64,000 bases of DNA. Origin: Dehalococcoidia bacterium UBA5760. Its GTDB lineage: Bacteria; Chloroflexota; Dehalococcoidia; Dehalococcoidales; UBA5760. The translations under genes and the position numbers were made by a program. The notes under the pieces are model-generated. The model made no database searches. It was not told the DNA's origin and worked only from the letters and a program-made list of their open reading frames with translations. The stretch is from NCBI GenBank assembly GCA_002418895.1, contig DIFA01000019.1, positions 21,891 to 85,890 on the forward strand. The letters run 5' to 3'. This document shows, in pieces, positions 27,735-36,704 of the stretch (positions are counted from its first letter, which is position 1; every line of letters begins with the position of its first letter).

Positions 27735-28238
27735 TTATTCGGCTACAGTAACCAGTGGCTCAATCTGCCGGAAGATAGTAGTCCCGATACCGCTTACCTT
27801 AGTCAGTTCACCGTTATTGCGGAAGGGGCCATGCTGGTTACGATATTCTACGATAGCATTCGCCCTATCACTACCAATCCCGGGTAAAGCCTCAAGCAAC
27901 CATGCTTCAGCCCGGTTAATGTCAACCTTTTGTGGAGAGTCTTTCTCTCCTGCCTCAGCAATGTAGAGTCTGACGTTATCACATTCAATTCCGGTAGTCG
28001 TGCCCCCGGCAGCCTGAACCAGTATTGCTACGCTGTCGTCGGCTCTTAACGGGTACAAGCCGGGGTTGTTAACCGCTCCTCCGATGTAGACCTCTCCCAT
28101 TTGCTCTACGGGGGGAGGGCTGGAGATGATAATCTCCGTAGCCTGCTTACCGCTATATCGTGACCAGACTAAGATACCCGCCGTGACAACAATAGCCAGT
28201 AGCGAAATGGCAAGTGGCGTCCAGCGTCTGTTTTCCAT
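27735..28238 (-). CDS. comEA: ComEA-like DNA-binding protein (TM anchor, SLBB-like region, helix-hairpin-helix)
   Basis: 167 aa. VDINRAEAWLLEALPGIGSDRANAIVEYRNQHGPF is a typical ComEA HhH region. Confidence 0.8.
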   Translation of the reverse strand: MENRRWTPLAISLLAIVVTAGILVWSRYSGKQATEIIISSPPPVEQMGEVYIGGAVNNPGLYPLRADDSVAILVQAAGGTTTGIECDNVRLYIAEAGEKDSPQKVDINRAEAWLLEALPGIGSDRANAIVEYRNQHGPFRNNGELTKVSGIGTTIFRQIEPLVTVAE

Positions 28239-28336
28239 ATCAGCCCTCCTGGTCCGGATTTACATAAAATACAGATAGACATAGATATATAAGGTAATCT
28301 ACCAAGCATAATTGGCATCCGGATGGTTAGGGCAAC

Positions 28337-28364
28337 AGTATAATAGGAACCCGGACGATGTCAA
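28337..28364 (-). promoter_or_regulatory. candidate promoter of comEA-comEC
   Basis: The minus strand reads TTGACA, a 16-nt spacer, then TATACT, about 100 nt upstream of the comEA ATG. Confidence 0.45.
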
Positions 28365-28495
28365 ACGCGAGTGCAGATATTAAATCCAATAATCCGCTGC
28401 CGTATTGATAGAAAGCCTCCTGCTGAAGGCTATCCAGGGAAAGTGAAGAAGCGGGGGTATGAATGGATAGAGGGGAACTACCGTCCCACTCTTGT

Positions 28496-29158
28496 TTAAG
28501 TACCGCTGAGTGCGGTACGCAGCGTTTCTTCCTGCTCCGGAGTAGTGATTGCTATTATCCTGTCCCCGTCCCTGATTGTTGTGTCAGCAGAAGGAATGTG
28601 AGGCTTTTGTGACTGGTGGATAATTAGAGACAGCCTGCTTCCCGGTGGCAGGGGAAGCTCCTTTACCTTTTTACCGACTGCTTTCGAATCTGGCAGAATT
28701 CTGACTTCCACAATCTCCAGACCCACCTCGCCGAGGTCTTTCAGATGTGTCAGAGGGTATGTTGGCAGTTCGCCCTTGATGTGCTCCAGAATAACGTTGG
28801 TACTGTCTACCGTAATATCAATCCCCAGTTTTCTAAAGACAATTTCGTTCTGGGGATTTCTAATCCGGGCTATGGTTCGGGCAACATTAAACCTGTATTT
28901 GGCAACCTGGCATGCAACCAGGTTATCTTCATCGTCCCCGGTTACTGCAATAAGTATGTCAGCCCGGCTGGTGCCTTGCTCAGCCAGAGTAGCCGCTTCG
29001 CAGCCGTCGCCACGAATGCAAACGCCACCCAGCTCATCGTTAATGATTTTGCATACCCCGGCATCCTTTTCTATAATGACTACCTCATGACCTTCGCTCA
29101 ATAAAGCTTTAGTCAGATAGTAACCTACTCTACCACCGCCGATGATTATGATATACAT
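28496..29158 (-). CDS. TrkA/KtrA-type RCK protein (RCK_N + RCK_C)
   Basis: 220 aa starting MYIIIIGGGRVGYYL (Rossmann GxGxxG), with a C-terminal TrkA-C-like region. Confidence 0.85.
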   Translation of the reverse strand: MYIIIIGGGRVGYYLTKALLSEGHEVVIIEKDAGVCKIINDELGGVCIRGDGCEAATLAEQGTSRADILIAVTGDDEDNLVACQVAKYRFNVARTIARIRNPQNEIVFRKLGIDITVDSTNVILEHIKGELPTYPLTHLKDLGEVGLEIVEVRILPDSKAVGKKVKELPLPPGSRLSLIIHQSQKPHIPSADTTIRDGDRIIAITTPEQEETLRTALSGT

Positions 29159-29167
29159 ATTTCCGCT

Positions 29168-29566
29168 TCAGCTTTCCACCCTTTCTCTCAATATCTGGGC
29201 AAATATTGTGGTCGGGCTTATAGCCTCAATCCCCATGGTACTGTACAACTCCTGGCGAAGGGGGTCATAAATACGGCTGACCACTTTGGGCACATTGAAA
29301 ATGTTCTTGGCGATTTGAGACGCCATAATATTACGATTATCACCCTGGGTGGTGGCGACGAAGGCATCCGCACCCTCTATCCCTGATCTTTTGAGCACTT
29401 CCTGATCAAGACCATTACCAACCAGGGCATTACCTTTGAAAGTAGGCGGCAGTCTCCGGAAACTATAGGTATCCGTATCCAGAATAGTTACTGAATGGCC
29501 ATCGCCATCCAGCAGTCCGGCTAGCCTGGCTCCAACCCTACCGCAACCCATGATTACTACTTTCAT
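29168..29566 (-). CDS. TrkA-N (RCK_N only) domain protein
   Basis: 132 aa starting MKVVIMGCGRVGARLA. It has no RCK_C portion. Confidence 0.8.
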   Translation of the reverse strand: MKVVIMGCGRVGARLAGLLDGDGHSVTILDTDTYSFRRLPPTFKGNALVGNGLDQEVLKRSGIEGADAFVATTQGDNRNIMASQIAKNIFNVPKVVSRIYDPLRQELYSTMGIEAISPTTIFAQILRERVES

Positions 29567-29582
29567 AAACCAAATCCTTTAG

Positions 29583-30026
29583 TTAGGTATTTGAGATAGG
29601 ACCCAGATGATATAGTATGACGCGACAGGGGGCATTTTCAAGCACGTAAGGGACAACTTCACCCAGGCTAAACTCTCCGAAGCGCCTCTTGTAGGCAAAA
29701 CCCATCACGATCAGATCAACATCACTCCCAACGGCTTCATTAACAATGGCCGGTCCAACTTCACGGGCCTGGAGCACCTCGGTGTCTATCTTGTAATTAT
29801 GCTCCGCAGCAATTCTCTCTATGCGATTCAGTATCTCTTCAGCTTTCTGAATTTCGGGTTTGATCTCGGCGTCCAGCGGCAGGTCACGTTTCAGCGTGAT
29901 AACATAAATAACACGGACCTGGCACTTGTCCTGCTTACCCAATCTACAAGCGAACAGAATCGCTTCTTCATCGGCCTGACTGCCAATTACAGGCAACAAA
30001 ATTTGGCTAAATCTAATTACTTCCAT
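29583..30026 (-). CDS. universal stress protein (UspA family)
   Basis: 147 aa with a C-terminal VMGFAYKRRFGEFSLGEV...APCRVIL Usp pattern. Confidence 0.8.
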   Translation of the reverse strand: MEVIRFSQILLPVIGSQADEEAILFACRLGKQDKCQVRVIYVITLKRDLPLDAEIKPEIQKAEEILNRIERIAAEHNYKIDTEVLQAREVGPAIVNEAVGSDVDLIVMGFAYKRRFGEFSLGEVVPYVLENAPCRVILYHLGPISNT

Positions 30027-30116
30027 CTCACCTTGTTACTGAGCACCGATAATTATACTCCCCCGGTCAAGATACTACAACCATACTGCAATTCGCCAGC
30101 TAAAACTTCATATTAG

Positions 30117-31571
30117 CTAGCGCCACTTCCAAAACGATGGAGCAACTAGAGCAAACACCGTGAGCAGCTCAAGACGCCCTGCCAGCATGCATACTATCAG
30201 GGTAACCTTCCCAGCAGCGGGAACGAAGGCGTAGTCCAGTACCGGTCCTACCATACCCAGGCCGGGGCCAACATTCCCCAGGGTAGCAATAACGGAAGAC
30301 AGGGCGGTTATCTGGCTAAGCCCGAAAGAACTCATTATCAAAAAGCTGACAATCATGGTAGTAAAGTACAGAACGGTCATACCGATGACACCGGAGACAA
30401 CCTGCTCCGACAGCACGTTATTCCCCACCTTTAGAGGGATGACCGCCTGGGGATTAAAGGAGAGTGCAATCCGGCGATAGGTATACTTTAACAATACCAG
30501 TATCCTGCTCACCTTCAGTGCTCCTCCCGTTGAGCCGGCCGAGGCACCGACTATCATCAGAATAAGCAGAGTCGCCTTGGCGAATGCCGGCCAGCTGTTA
30601 AAATTAACGGTACTGAAACCGGTTGTCGTCATGACCGAAACAACCTGAAAGACGCTATGTCTGAAGGCACTACCGACAGACATTCCCGTGCTGTTTATTA
30701 AATTCAAAGCAATAAGAATGGAAGCGCCGACAAGCAGACCGATGTAGAACCTAAATTCCGGGTTAACGAAGAGACGCCCGGGTTGACGTTTCCACAAGCA
30801 TAGATAGTGTAATCCGAAATTAACTCCGGCGATTATCATAAAGGTAATAACGATGCCTTCCACGATTACACTGTTATAGGCACCGATGCTCAGGCTTCTG
30901 GCGGCAAAACCTCCGGTGGGCATTGTACCGAAGGTAATCGTTATAGCGTCGAATGCGGATATGTTCCCCGCCTGCCAGAGCAGGATAAACTCCACAATTG
31001 AGAATCCGACGTAGAGGTACCATAGTGACTTTACCGTATCCTGAATGCGGGCGGTCAACTTTTCTGCCTGAGGTCCCGGTATTTCAGCTTCGACCAGGTG
31101 AGCAGCTCCTATGCCGAACAGAGGGAATAAGGCAACAAATAGTGTTATTATTCCCATTCCCCCCAGCCACTGAGTGAAGTTGCGCCACAAGAGGATGCCT
31201 TGGGGTTGGCTTTCAATAGAACTAAGCACTGTAGCTCCAGTAGTGGTATAGCCTGACATAGCCTCGAAATAAGCGTCAAGGTAGCCAGGAAAAACTCCGG
31301 CCAGTTGATAAGGTATCGCGCTGAAGGCTGAAGCCAGTAGCCACCCGCAGGTGACGAAGAGTAGCGCTTCCCGTCGGCTGAATCTCCCCCCACCACCCGG
31401 GGTCAAACGCCAGAGCAGTAGACCTGAGCAAGCGGTGATGCCTGCTGAAATGGCAAATGACTGGGACACCGGTTCCCCGTAGTAGCCACTCCAACTCATA
31501 GGAAAGAGCATGGCTATACCGAGCCCTATTATCAGCAGTCCTAGATAGTGGAGAACAACCCTAATTCTCAT
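30117..31571 (-). CDS. trkH: TrkH/KtrB-family K+ transporter membrane subunit
   Basis: 484 aa and polytopic, with repeated selectivity-filter-like segments (SGYTTTGAT, FGTMPTGGF, TTTGFS, SAGSTGGALK). Confidence 0.88.
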   Translation of the reverse strand: MRIRVVLHYLGLLIIGLGIAMLFPMSWSGYYGEPVSQSFAISAGITACSGLLLWRLTPGGGGRFSRREALLFVTCGWLLASAFSAIPYQLAGVFPGYLDAYFEAMSGYTTTGATVLSSIESQPQGILLWRNFTQWLGGMGIITLFVALFPLFGIGAAHLVEAEIPGPQAEKLTARIQDTVKSLWYLYVGFSIVEFILLWQAGNISAFDAITITFGTMPTGGFAARSLSIGAYNSVIVEGIVITFMIIAGVNFGLHYLCLWKRQPGRLFVNPEFRFYIGLLVGASILIALNLINSTGMSVGSAFRHSVFQVVSVMTTTGFSTVNFNSWPAFAKATLLILMIVGASAGSTGGALKVSRILVLLKYTYRRIALSFNPQAVIPLKVGNNVLSEQVVSGVIGMTVLYFTTMIVSFLIMSSFGLSQITALSSVIATLGNVGPGLGMVGPVLDYAFVPAAGKVTLIVCMLAGRLELLTVFALVAPSFWKWR

Positions 31572-31580
31572 ATCTATTGT

Positions 31581-32945
31581 TTAGGTGAATAACTTTTCCA
31601 CAGCCGGGATGAGCGCAAGCGGTGATATTACAATAAGGTGGTCACCCGGTTGTACCGTACTGTCATCGGGCGGAATGATTACGGTATTGTTGCGAACAAC
31701 AGCTCCACAGATTGCTCCCTTAGGCAGGCCTGCTTCTTTAATGCTTCGCTGTGCTATCGGTGCTGTCGGGCCGGTCACAAACTCAATAGCCTGTATCTGT
31801 TCGCCACCGAGCATAGCTACCGAAATGGCCCCGCCGTGAAGTGCGAAGCGGGCGATTCTACGTGCTGTCAGTAAAGGCGGCGACGCCGCCACATCAACAC
31901 CAACCGCTTCAGCCAGAGGAATATTCCATGGATTATTCACCAGCACTAGATTACGTGAGATTCCCAGGCTCTTAGCTAACAATCCGGAAAGGATATTCAC
32001 TTCGTCGCTTTCGGTACTGGCAACAAAGGCATCAGCCAGCGGGACTCCCTGTTCGATAAGGAAATCCCGGTCAGTACCATCACCCTGGACTACTGCCGTT
32101 CCCTCCAGTCTGCCAGCAATCTCCTGGCTTCGGTCTTCGTTCTTCTCAATGATTTTGACAGGGATCCTACGTTCCCGCAGCCCTTCGGCAACAAGGCATC
32201 CGACACGACCTCCACCCAGTATAACAACACTACTGGCCGGACGTTTTGGTTGGACAAACAACTCCCCTAACTGATCCATAAACTCAGCAGCAGCAATCAG
32301 GTAAACACGGTCACCCTCTTTGATGATTTCATCAGCGGCCGGGATAAAGATACCTTCAGCACGAAGAATAGCGGCTATCACACACGGTCTGGGAAAGTTG
32401 AGCTTGTTTAATGGTTTGTCTATTGCCATCCCCTTCTCGGTTCTGAATTCCCTTATCTGAACGATACCATTGGCAAAGTTATCCACCGGCGAGGGATAAA
32501 AACTGGAGAGTATATCAATTATTTCTTTAGAGGCTTCAACCACCGGGTTGATAAAGAGATCTACCCCGAAAGTCTTCGGCCGGATCACCTTTCTGGGGGC
32601 AGATGGATCAGTAGCCGGGCTGATAAAATAGCTTGAATACTCGGGACTACGAACCCGGGCTATTGTCATACGGGCACCCAGCTCCTTAGCAATAAGGCAG
32701 ATTATCATGTTGGTTTCATCGCTATCGGTGACAGCAATGATTAAGTCGGCTCGATGAATCTCAGCCTCTATTATGGTCTTGGGTATTGCCGCATTATTCA
32801 GAATGGTTGCCACATCGAGCTGACGGCGGACGTTCTCTATCGCCTTCTCAGACCGATCTATTACCACTACCTGGTGGTTTTCCTGGACAAGCAAGGAGGC
32901 TATGTTGAAACCAACTACTCCGGCGCCGGCTATAATAATGTACAT
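31581..32945 (-). CDS. trkA: Trk system K+ uptake protein TrkA (tandem RCK)
   Basis: 454 aa with two GxGxxG Rossmann units (IIAGAGVVG and ILGGGRVG), each followed by an RCK_C-like region. Confidence 0.88.
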   Translation of the reverse strand: MYIIIAGAGVVGFNIASLLVQENHQVVVIDRSEKAIENVRRQLDVATILNNAAIPKTIIEAEIHRADLIIAVTDSDETNMIICLIAKELGARMTIARVRSPEYSSYFISPATDPSAPRKVIRPKTFGVDLFINPVVEASKEIIDILSSFYPSPVDNFANGIVQIREFRTEKGMAIDKPLNKLNFPRPCVIAAILRAEGIFIPAADEIIKEGDRVYLIAAAEFMDQLGELFVQPKRPASSVVILGGGRVGCLVAEGLRERRIPVKIIEKNEDRSQEIAGRLEGTAVVQGDGTDRDFLIEQGVPLADAFVASTESDEVNILSGLLAKSLGISRNLVLVNNPWNIPLAEAVGVDVAASPPLLTARRIARFALHGGAISVAMLGGEQIQAIEFVTGPTAPIAQRSIKEAGLPKGAICGAVVRNNTVIIPPDDSTVQPGDHLIVISPLALIPAVEKLFT

Positions 32946-32949
32946 CTAT

Positions 32950-33123
32950 TCAACCCTTCTTACTGGCAGGCAATCTCAAGAATCTTGCAATACTTTGCGA
33001 GATAGCGTTCCATTTTCCTTGAGACTTTTTCCGCCTGCGCAGTACCCGATCACCGGGACGAATGGTGGGTAATTCCTCAACAAAATCTTCTTTGTCGTTC
33101 TGTAGTGTACCTTTGGTATCCAT
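32950..33123 (-). CDS. candidate 57-aa basic protein translationally coupled to trkA
   Basis: Below the ORF-track size cutoff. GGAGG lies 3 nt before the ATG at 33123. My translation is MDTKGTLQNDKEDFVEELPTIRPGDRVLRRRKKSQGKWNAISQSIARFLRLPASKKG. Its stop TGA is 4 nt before the trkA ATG. I recognise no family. Confidence 0.3.
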   Translation of the reverse strand: MDTKGTLQNDKEDFVEELPTIRPGDRVLRRRKKSQGKWNAISQSIARFLRLPASKKG

Positions 33124-33246
33124 TGACCTCCATCTGGTCCAGACTTCTAAATCACAGCCATAATAATGGCACCGATTTAGGAAATGGTCAAGTGAGTCCC
33201 CTTCTCTCTACCGTCCCGCTTGAATTATTTCCCCACGGTTCGGAGA

Positions 33247-33275
33247 ATTTTACCCGCTTACCTGACTTCTGTCAA
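33247..33275 (-). promoter_or_regulatory. candidate promoter of the trk cluster
   Basis: The minus strand reads TTGACA, a 17-nt spacer, then TAAAAT, about 120 nt upstream of the small ORF. Confidence 0.5.
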
Positions 33276-33287
33276 CAAGACCTCTGC

Positions 33288-33316
33288 TTGACAATTACAC
33301 AGTCCTCATCTAAACT
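33288..33316 (+). promoter_or_regulatory. candidate promoter of the DUF47-PiT operon
   Basis: TTGACA, a 17-nt spacer, then TAAACT, about 100 nt upstream of ATG 33417. It sits back-to-back with the trk promoter. Confidence 0.5.
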
Positions 33317-33416
33317 CAAAGTGCAGATTTTATGCCTAGGCTTTTGGCATCCTAATCATAGTTATCATTCAGATGAAGGTATTTATACGTTCTTTGGCGA
33401 CGGAGGAGAAATATTA

Positions 33417-34046
33417 ATGGTCAGGTTCCCCTTTATACCTAAAGAAGAGAGCTTTTTTGGACTTTTTGAGCAGAGCGCCCGGAATATGGTCAAGGCAGCT
33501 GAGGAGTTAAACAGCATGCTTGACAAATGCGGCGACTTTGTGAAAAGTGCGGCCGAAATAGCCGAGCTCGAACACCAGGGCGACACTATTACCCATCAGA
33601 TTATGGCTCAGCTACACCGCACCTTCGTCACCCCGTTTGATAGAGAGGATATAGCACTACTGGCCCATGCTCTGGATGACGTGACTGACTTCATTGACTC
33701 GGCAGCCGATGCCATCCTTATTTATAAAATAGAGTGTCCTACACAGAGGGCTAAGGAGCTGGCCGAAGTTATCGTCCAGGCATCGATTGAAGTAGAGAAG
33801 GTGTTGCCTAAACTGAGGCGTCGTGCCGAGTTGAAGCAGGTGCTTGAGCGGTGTGTGGAGATTAACCGTTTGGAGAACGTCGCCGACCGGATATTCCGCT
33901 CGGCGATGGCCGAACTTTTTGATGATAACATAGACATCGCCCAGGTCATCAAATGGCGTGAGATATACGAATACATGGAAACAGCAACCGACCGGTGCGA
34001 GGATGTGGCTAACGTCCTTGAAGGGGTAGCCCTTAAGCATGCCTGA
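33417..34046 (+). CDS. DUF47 (PhoU-like, YkaA-type) phosphate transport regulator
   Basis: Starts MVRFPFIPKEESFFGLFEQ after GGAGGAG. It has a four-helix PhoU-like pattern and overlaps the PiT start by 8 nt. Confidence 0.85.
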   Translation: MVRFPFIPKEESFFGLFEQSARNMVKAAEELNSMLDKCGDFVKSAAEIAELEHQGDTITHQIMAQLHRTFVTPFDREDIALLAHALDDVTDFIDSAADAILIYKIECPTQRAKELAEVIVQASIEVEKVLPKLRRRAELKQVLERCVEINRLENVADRIFRSAMAELFDDNIDIAQVIKWREIYEYMETATDRCEDVANVLEGVALKHA

Positions 34047-35034
34047 TCCGTTTCTGATCCTGATTATTGCTCTGGCACTCGGTTTTGGTGTGGTTAACGG
34101 TTTCAATGATGCCGCCAATGCCGTAGCTGCTTCAGTTGGTTCTCGCGCTCTTTCCCCCCGAAATGCCATCATAGTGGCTGCCTGTTTTAATATGGCTGGT
34201 GCCGCTTCCGGCACGGCAGTTGCCAAGACCATCGGCAAGGGGATTCTCGTCCCGGAGGCGATGACTTCTTATCTCCCCGTTATTGCCGCCCTGATTGCGG
34301 TTGTTATCTGGGGAGCAATTGCTACCTACCATGGTGTACCGATAAGTCTTACCCATGGATTTATTGCCGGGCTGGCTGCCGCTGGAGTAGCAGTAGCCGG
34401 CAGCACGGCGGTGGTATGGAGTGTTATGCAACGGATTCTGGTCTCGGTAGCAGCTGCCCCGGCTCTGGGCTTTGCCGGCGGGTTCGGTCTGATGGTTGCT
34501 CTACTATGGGCATTACGCTATAGCGCTCCGGCCAAACTGCGAACTGTCTTCAGCCGTTTGCAGTGGCTTACTACCGCCTTTCTTGCTTATAGTCACGGTA
34601 AGAATGACGGCCAAATGCCAATTGGCATCATCACGATGGCTCTGGTAATTCATACCGGGCAGACCGGACTGTGGGACAATATTCCCTGGTGGGTAGTAGG
34701 AACATCAGCCGCCGCTATCAGTATAGGGACACTAACCGGCGGATGGCGGGTTATCAAGACAGTGGGGATGAAGGTTACTGCTCTGGAGCCAATTCATGCC
34801 TTTACGGCTAATATTGCCGCGGCAGGGGTAATTGAGGCAGCCTCGCAACTGGGTATCCCGGTAAGTACCACCCACTGTAACAGTGCGGCTATCATGGGTG
34901 TCGGAGCTACAAAGAGACTCTCGGCAGTACGTTGGGGGGTAGCACGCCGCATTGTCGCTGCCTGGGTCATCACCTTTCCCGTCTGCGCCGGGCTGGGTTA
35001 TTTAATCGCCAAGCTAATGCAGCCGTTATTCTAA
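34039..35034 (+). CDS. inorganic phosphate transporter, PiT family
   Basis: 331 aa with GFNDAANAVA and the second-half HGKNDGQ signature of PiT carriers. Confidence 0.88.
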   Translation: MPDPFLILIIALALGFGVVNGFNDAANAVAASVGSRALSPRNAIIVAACFNMAGAASGTAVAKTIGKGILVPEAMTSYLPVIAALIAVVIWGAIATYHGVPISLTHGFIAGLAAAGVAVAGSTAVVWSVMQRILVSVAAAPALGFAGGFGLMVALLWALRYSAPAKLRTVFSRLQWLTTAFLAYSHGKNDGQMPIGIITMALVIHTGQTGLWDNIPWWVVGTSAAAISIGTLTGGWRVIKTVGMKVTALEPIHAFTANIAAAGVIEAASQLGIPVSTTHCNSAAIMGVGATKRLSAVRWGVARRIVAAWVITFPVCAGLGYLIAKLMQPLF

Positions 35035-35043
35035 CCACCGGAC

Positions 35044-35679
35044 CTAAAGGATAATCTCACGCTGTTTTACCCGGCACTTTTCCGCAGTAATGATTGCCTT
35101 GATCTCAGATACAGCCAGGTCAACCGCACCCTCTTTGTTTATCACCACATAATCAAACTGAGGTAGCTGCTTTACCTCTCCCCGAGCAGTTTTTACACGC
35201 AGGGCCAGATCAAATGGGGTTTCCGTGCTGCGTCGATCCAGCCGGCTGACAAGCTCTTCCATAGACGGCGGCATAATGATGATAGATACTGCCTCCGGCA
35301 GGATTTTTTTGATGGTTGCTGCTCCCTGGATATCAACCTTTACTATTGTATCCTGCCCGTTCCCCAAGGCTTTTTGAACCGGTCCCCGAGGCACTCCGTA
35401 CCAGTTTCCGTAAACATTAGCCCACTCCAGTAATTCTTCTTTCCTGACCATTTCCTGGAATTCTCTCGGGGAGACAAAGTGATAATGCTCATTATCTCTT
35501 TCGTTAGGCCGCTTACATCGTGTAGTCACCGTGGTGACATACTGCAGGGGATAGCCGGACTGTCTTATCCTGCTCAGAAGAGCATCTTTACCTACACCTG
35601 ACGGACCGGAAAGGACGATCAGTAAAGGTTTTGCTTGCGGATCAAAAGGAGGCTGATTTTCACGGCTCACATTTTTCAT
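35044..35679 (-). CDS. gmk: guanylate kinase
   Basis: GPSGVGKD P-loop, TTRCKRPNE and HYHFVS motifs. Confidence 0.9.
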   Translation of the reverse strand: MKNVSRENQPPFDPQAKPLLIVLSGPSGVGKDALLSRIRQSGYPLQYVTTVTTRCKRPNERDNEHYHFVSPREFQEMVRKEELLEWANVYGNWYGVPRGPVQKALGNGQDTIVKVDIQGAATIKKILPEAVSIIIMPPSMEELVSRLDRRSTETPFDLALRVKTARGEVKQLPQFDYVVINKEGAVDLAVSEIKAIITAEKCRVKQREIIL

Positions 35680-35953
35680 CGCCCGGATCTAGCTTTAGCG
35701 CAGGGTTTTCTCGACTGGCTTGTAGCCGACCAGCAATGGTTTCCGGAGCCAGGGCTGCCAGAATAATATGGCCGTTATCGGTGATGATGACGGCCTTAGT
35801 TCTCCTGCCGTTGGTCATATCAATCAGTAGCCCCTTGTTTCTACCTTCCTGAACAGTACGTTTGGTAGGTGCTGAGTTCGGCGAAACTATGGCAATAACT
35901 CTGTTCATGGCTATGATATTGCCAAACCCAATATGAACCGGCTCCATAATCAT
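35660..35953 (-). CDS. remA: RemA/DUF370 family regulator
   Basis: [25 protein letters not shown]...[15 protein letters not shown] pattern. I chose the start at ATG 35953, 6 nt after GAGGTG. Confidence 0.85.
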   Translation of the reverse strand: MIMEPVHIGFGNIIAMNRVIAIVSPNSAPTKRTVQEGRNKGLLIDMTNGRRTKAVIITDNGHIILAALAPETIAGRLQASRENPALKLDPGDEKCEP

Positions 35954-36128
35954 TGTAAACACCTCAGAAATTAAGTCGTGTATATCTCTATAGTGCTTAA
36001 TATCTTATACTTTTACCGACGATTACGCAACTGTTCTTGACATAGCTTCACCTTTACAATACCATAGCATAATGACCTGTTAAACAGAATTAACCCCGGT
36101 GGGATCGGCTTTCGAGAAAGGAGGGTTA

Positions 36129-36584
36129 ATGTTAAAAAAAATTCTGGTTTGTCTCAACGGCTCCGATCTCGCGGAGCAGATTTTACCCTATGCTGCCGAG
36201 GTAGCCCAGCTTTCTGGCAGTAAGGTTGTGCTTCTCGCGGTGACTATTCCACCGGGTGCTATCGTCCAGCCGTTAATCGGTTACTACCATGCCACCCCGC
36301 TGGAAAGGATTCAGAGAGACGAGGAATTAGCTGGAGAATATCTAAAACGTGTGGCAAGGAGACTGCGCAGGAAGCGGCTTCACGTTGAGTGTGTCACTCT
36401 ACCCGGAGACCCCGGTAAGACTATTGTCAGCTATGCTGCCCAGAATGATATAGACCTTATCGCTATGGGTACCCATGGGCAGAGCGGATTGGGGCGACTG
36501 GTCTTTGGTAGCGTAGCAGACTTTGTACTGAGGCATTCGGAGTTACCTATCCTGGTGAGAAAACCGGAGTACACCAAGAAATAA
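36129..36584 (+). CDS. universal stress protein (UspA family)
   Basis: Starts MLKKILVCLNGSD after AAGGAGGG, with the C-terminal GTHGQSGLGRLVFGSVA Usp motif. Confidence 0.8.
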   Translation: MLKKILVCLNGSDLAEQILPYAAEVAQLSGSKVVLLAVTIPPGAIVQPLIGYYHATPLERIQRDEELAGEYLKRVARRLRRKRLHVECVTLPGDPGKTIVSYAAQNDIDLIAMGTHGQSGLGRLVFGSVADFVLRHSELPILVRKPEYTKK

Positions 36585-36704
36585 ATGTCCTGCGGGTCAT
36601 ATTCAATTCATCTTCCTGACCGGGAAAGTAAGCCGGGTAAAATGGGTTAAGAGAGGCAAAATCACCCTTCTTTTTCGTCGAAAATTCTAGTAGAATAGGG
36701 TTTG

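Noticed and set aside
33124-33246. ydaO/yuaA-type c-di-AMP riboswitch upstream of the K+ transporter cluster
   Set aside because: That class commonly precedes K+ transporter genes, and the leader has GGGGA and CCGAAC strings. However, the leader is only about 120 nt. I could not find the paired pseudo-symmetric conserved blocks recalled for that class. It would need cmsearch with RF00379 to settle.
33105-33416. 104-codon N-terminal extension of the DUF47 ORF
   Set aside because: The extension starts upstream of the predicted promoter (33288-33316) and so cannot lie within a transcript that begins there. It has no SD. The family homology begins at MVRFPF, which has a GGAGGAG SD.
33657-34238. 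193-aa minus-strand ORF
   Set aside because: It is antisense to both the DUF47 and PiT genes, which carry clear family signatures.
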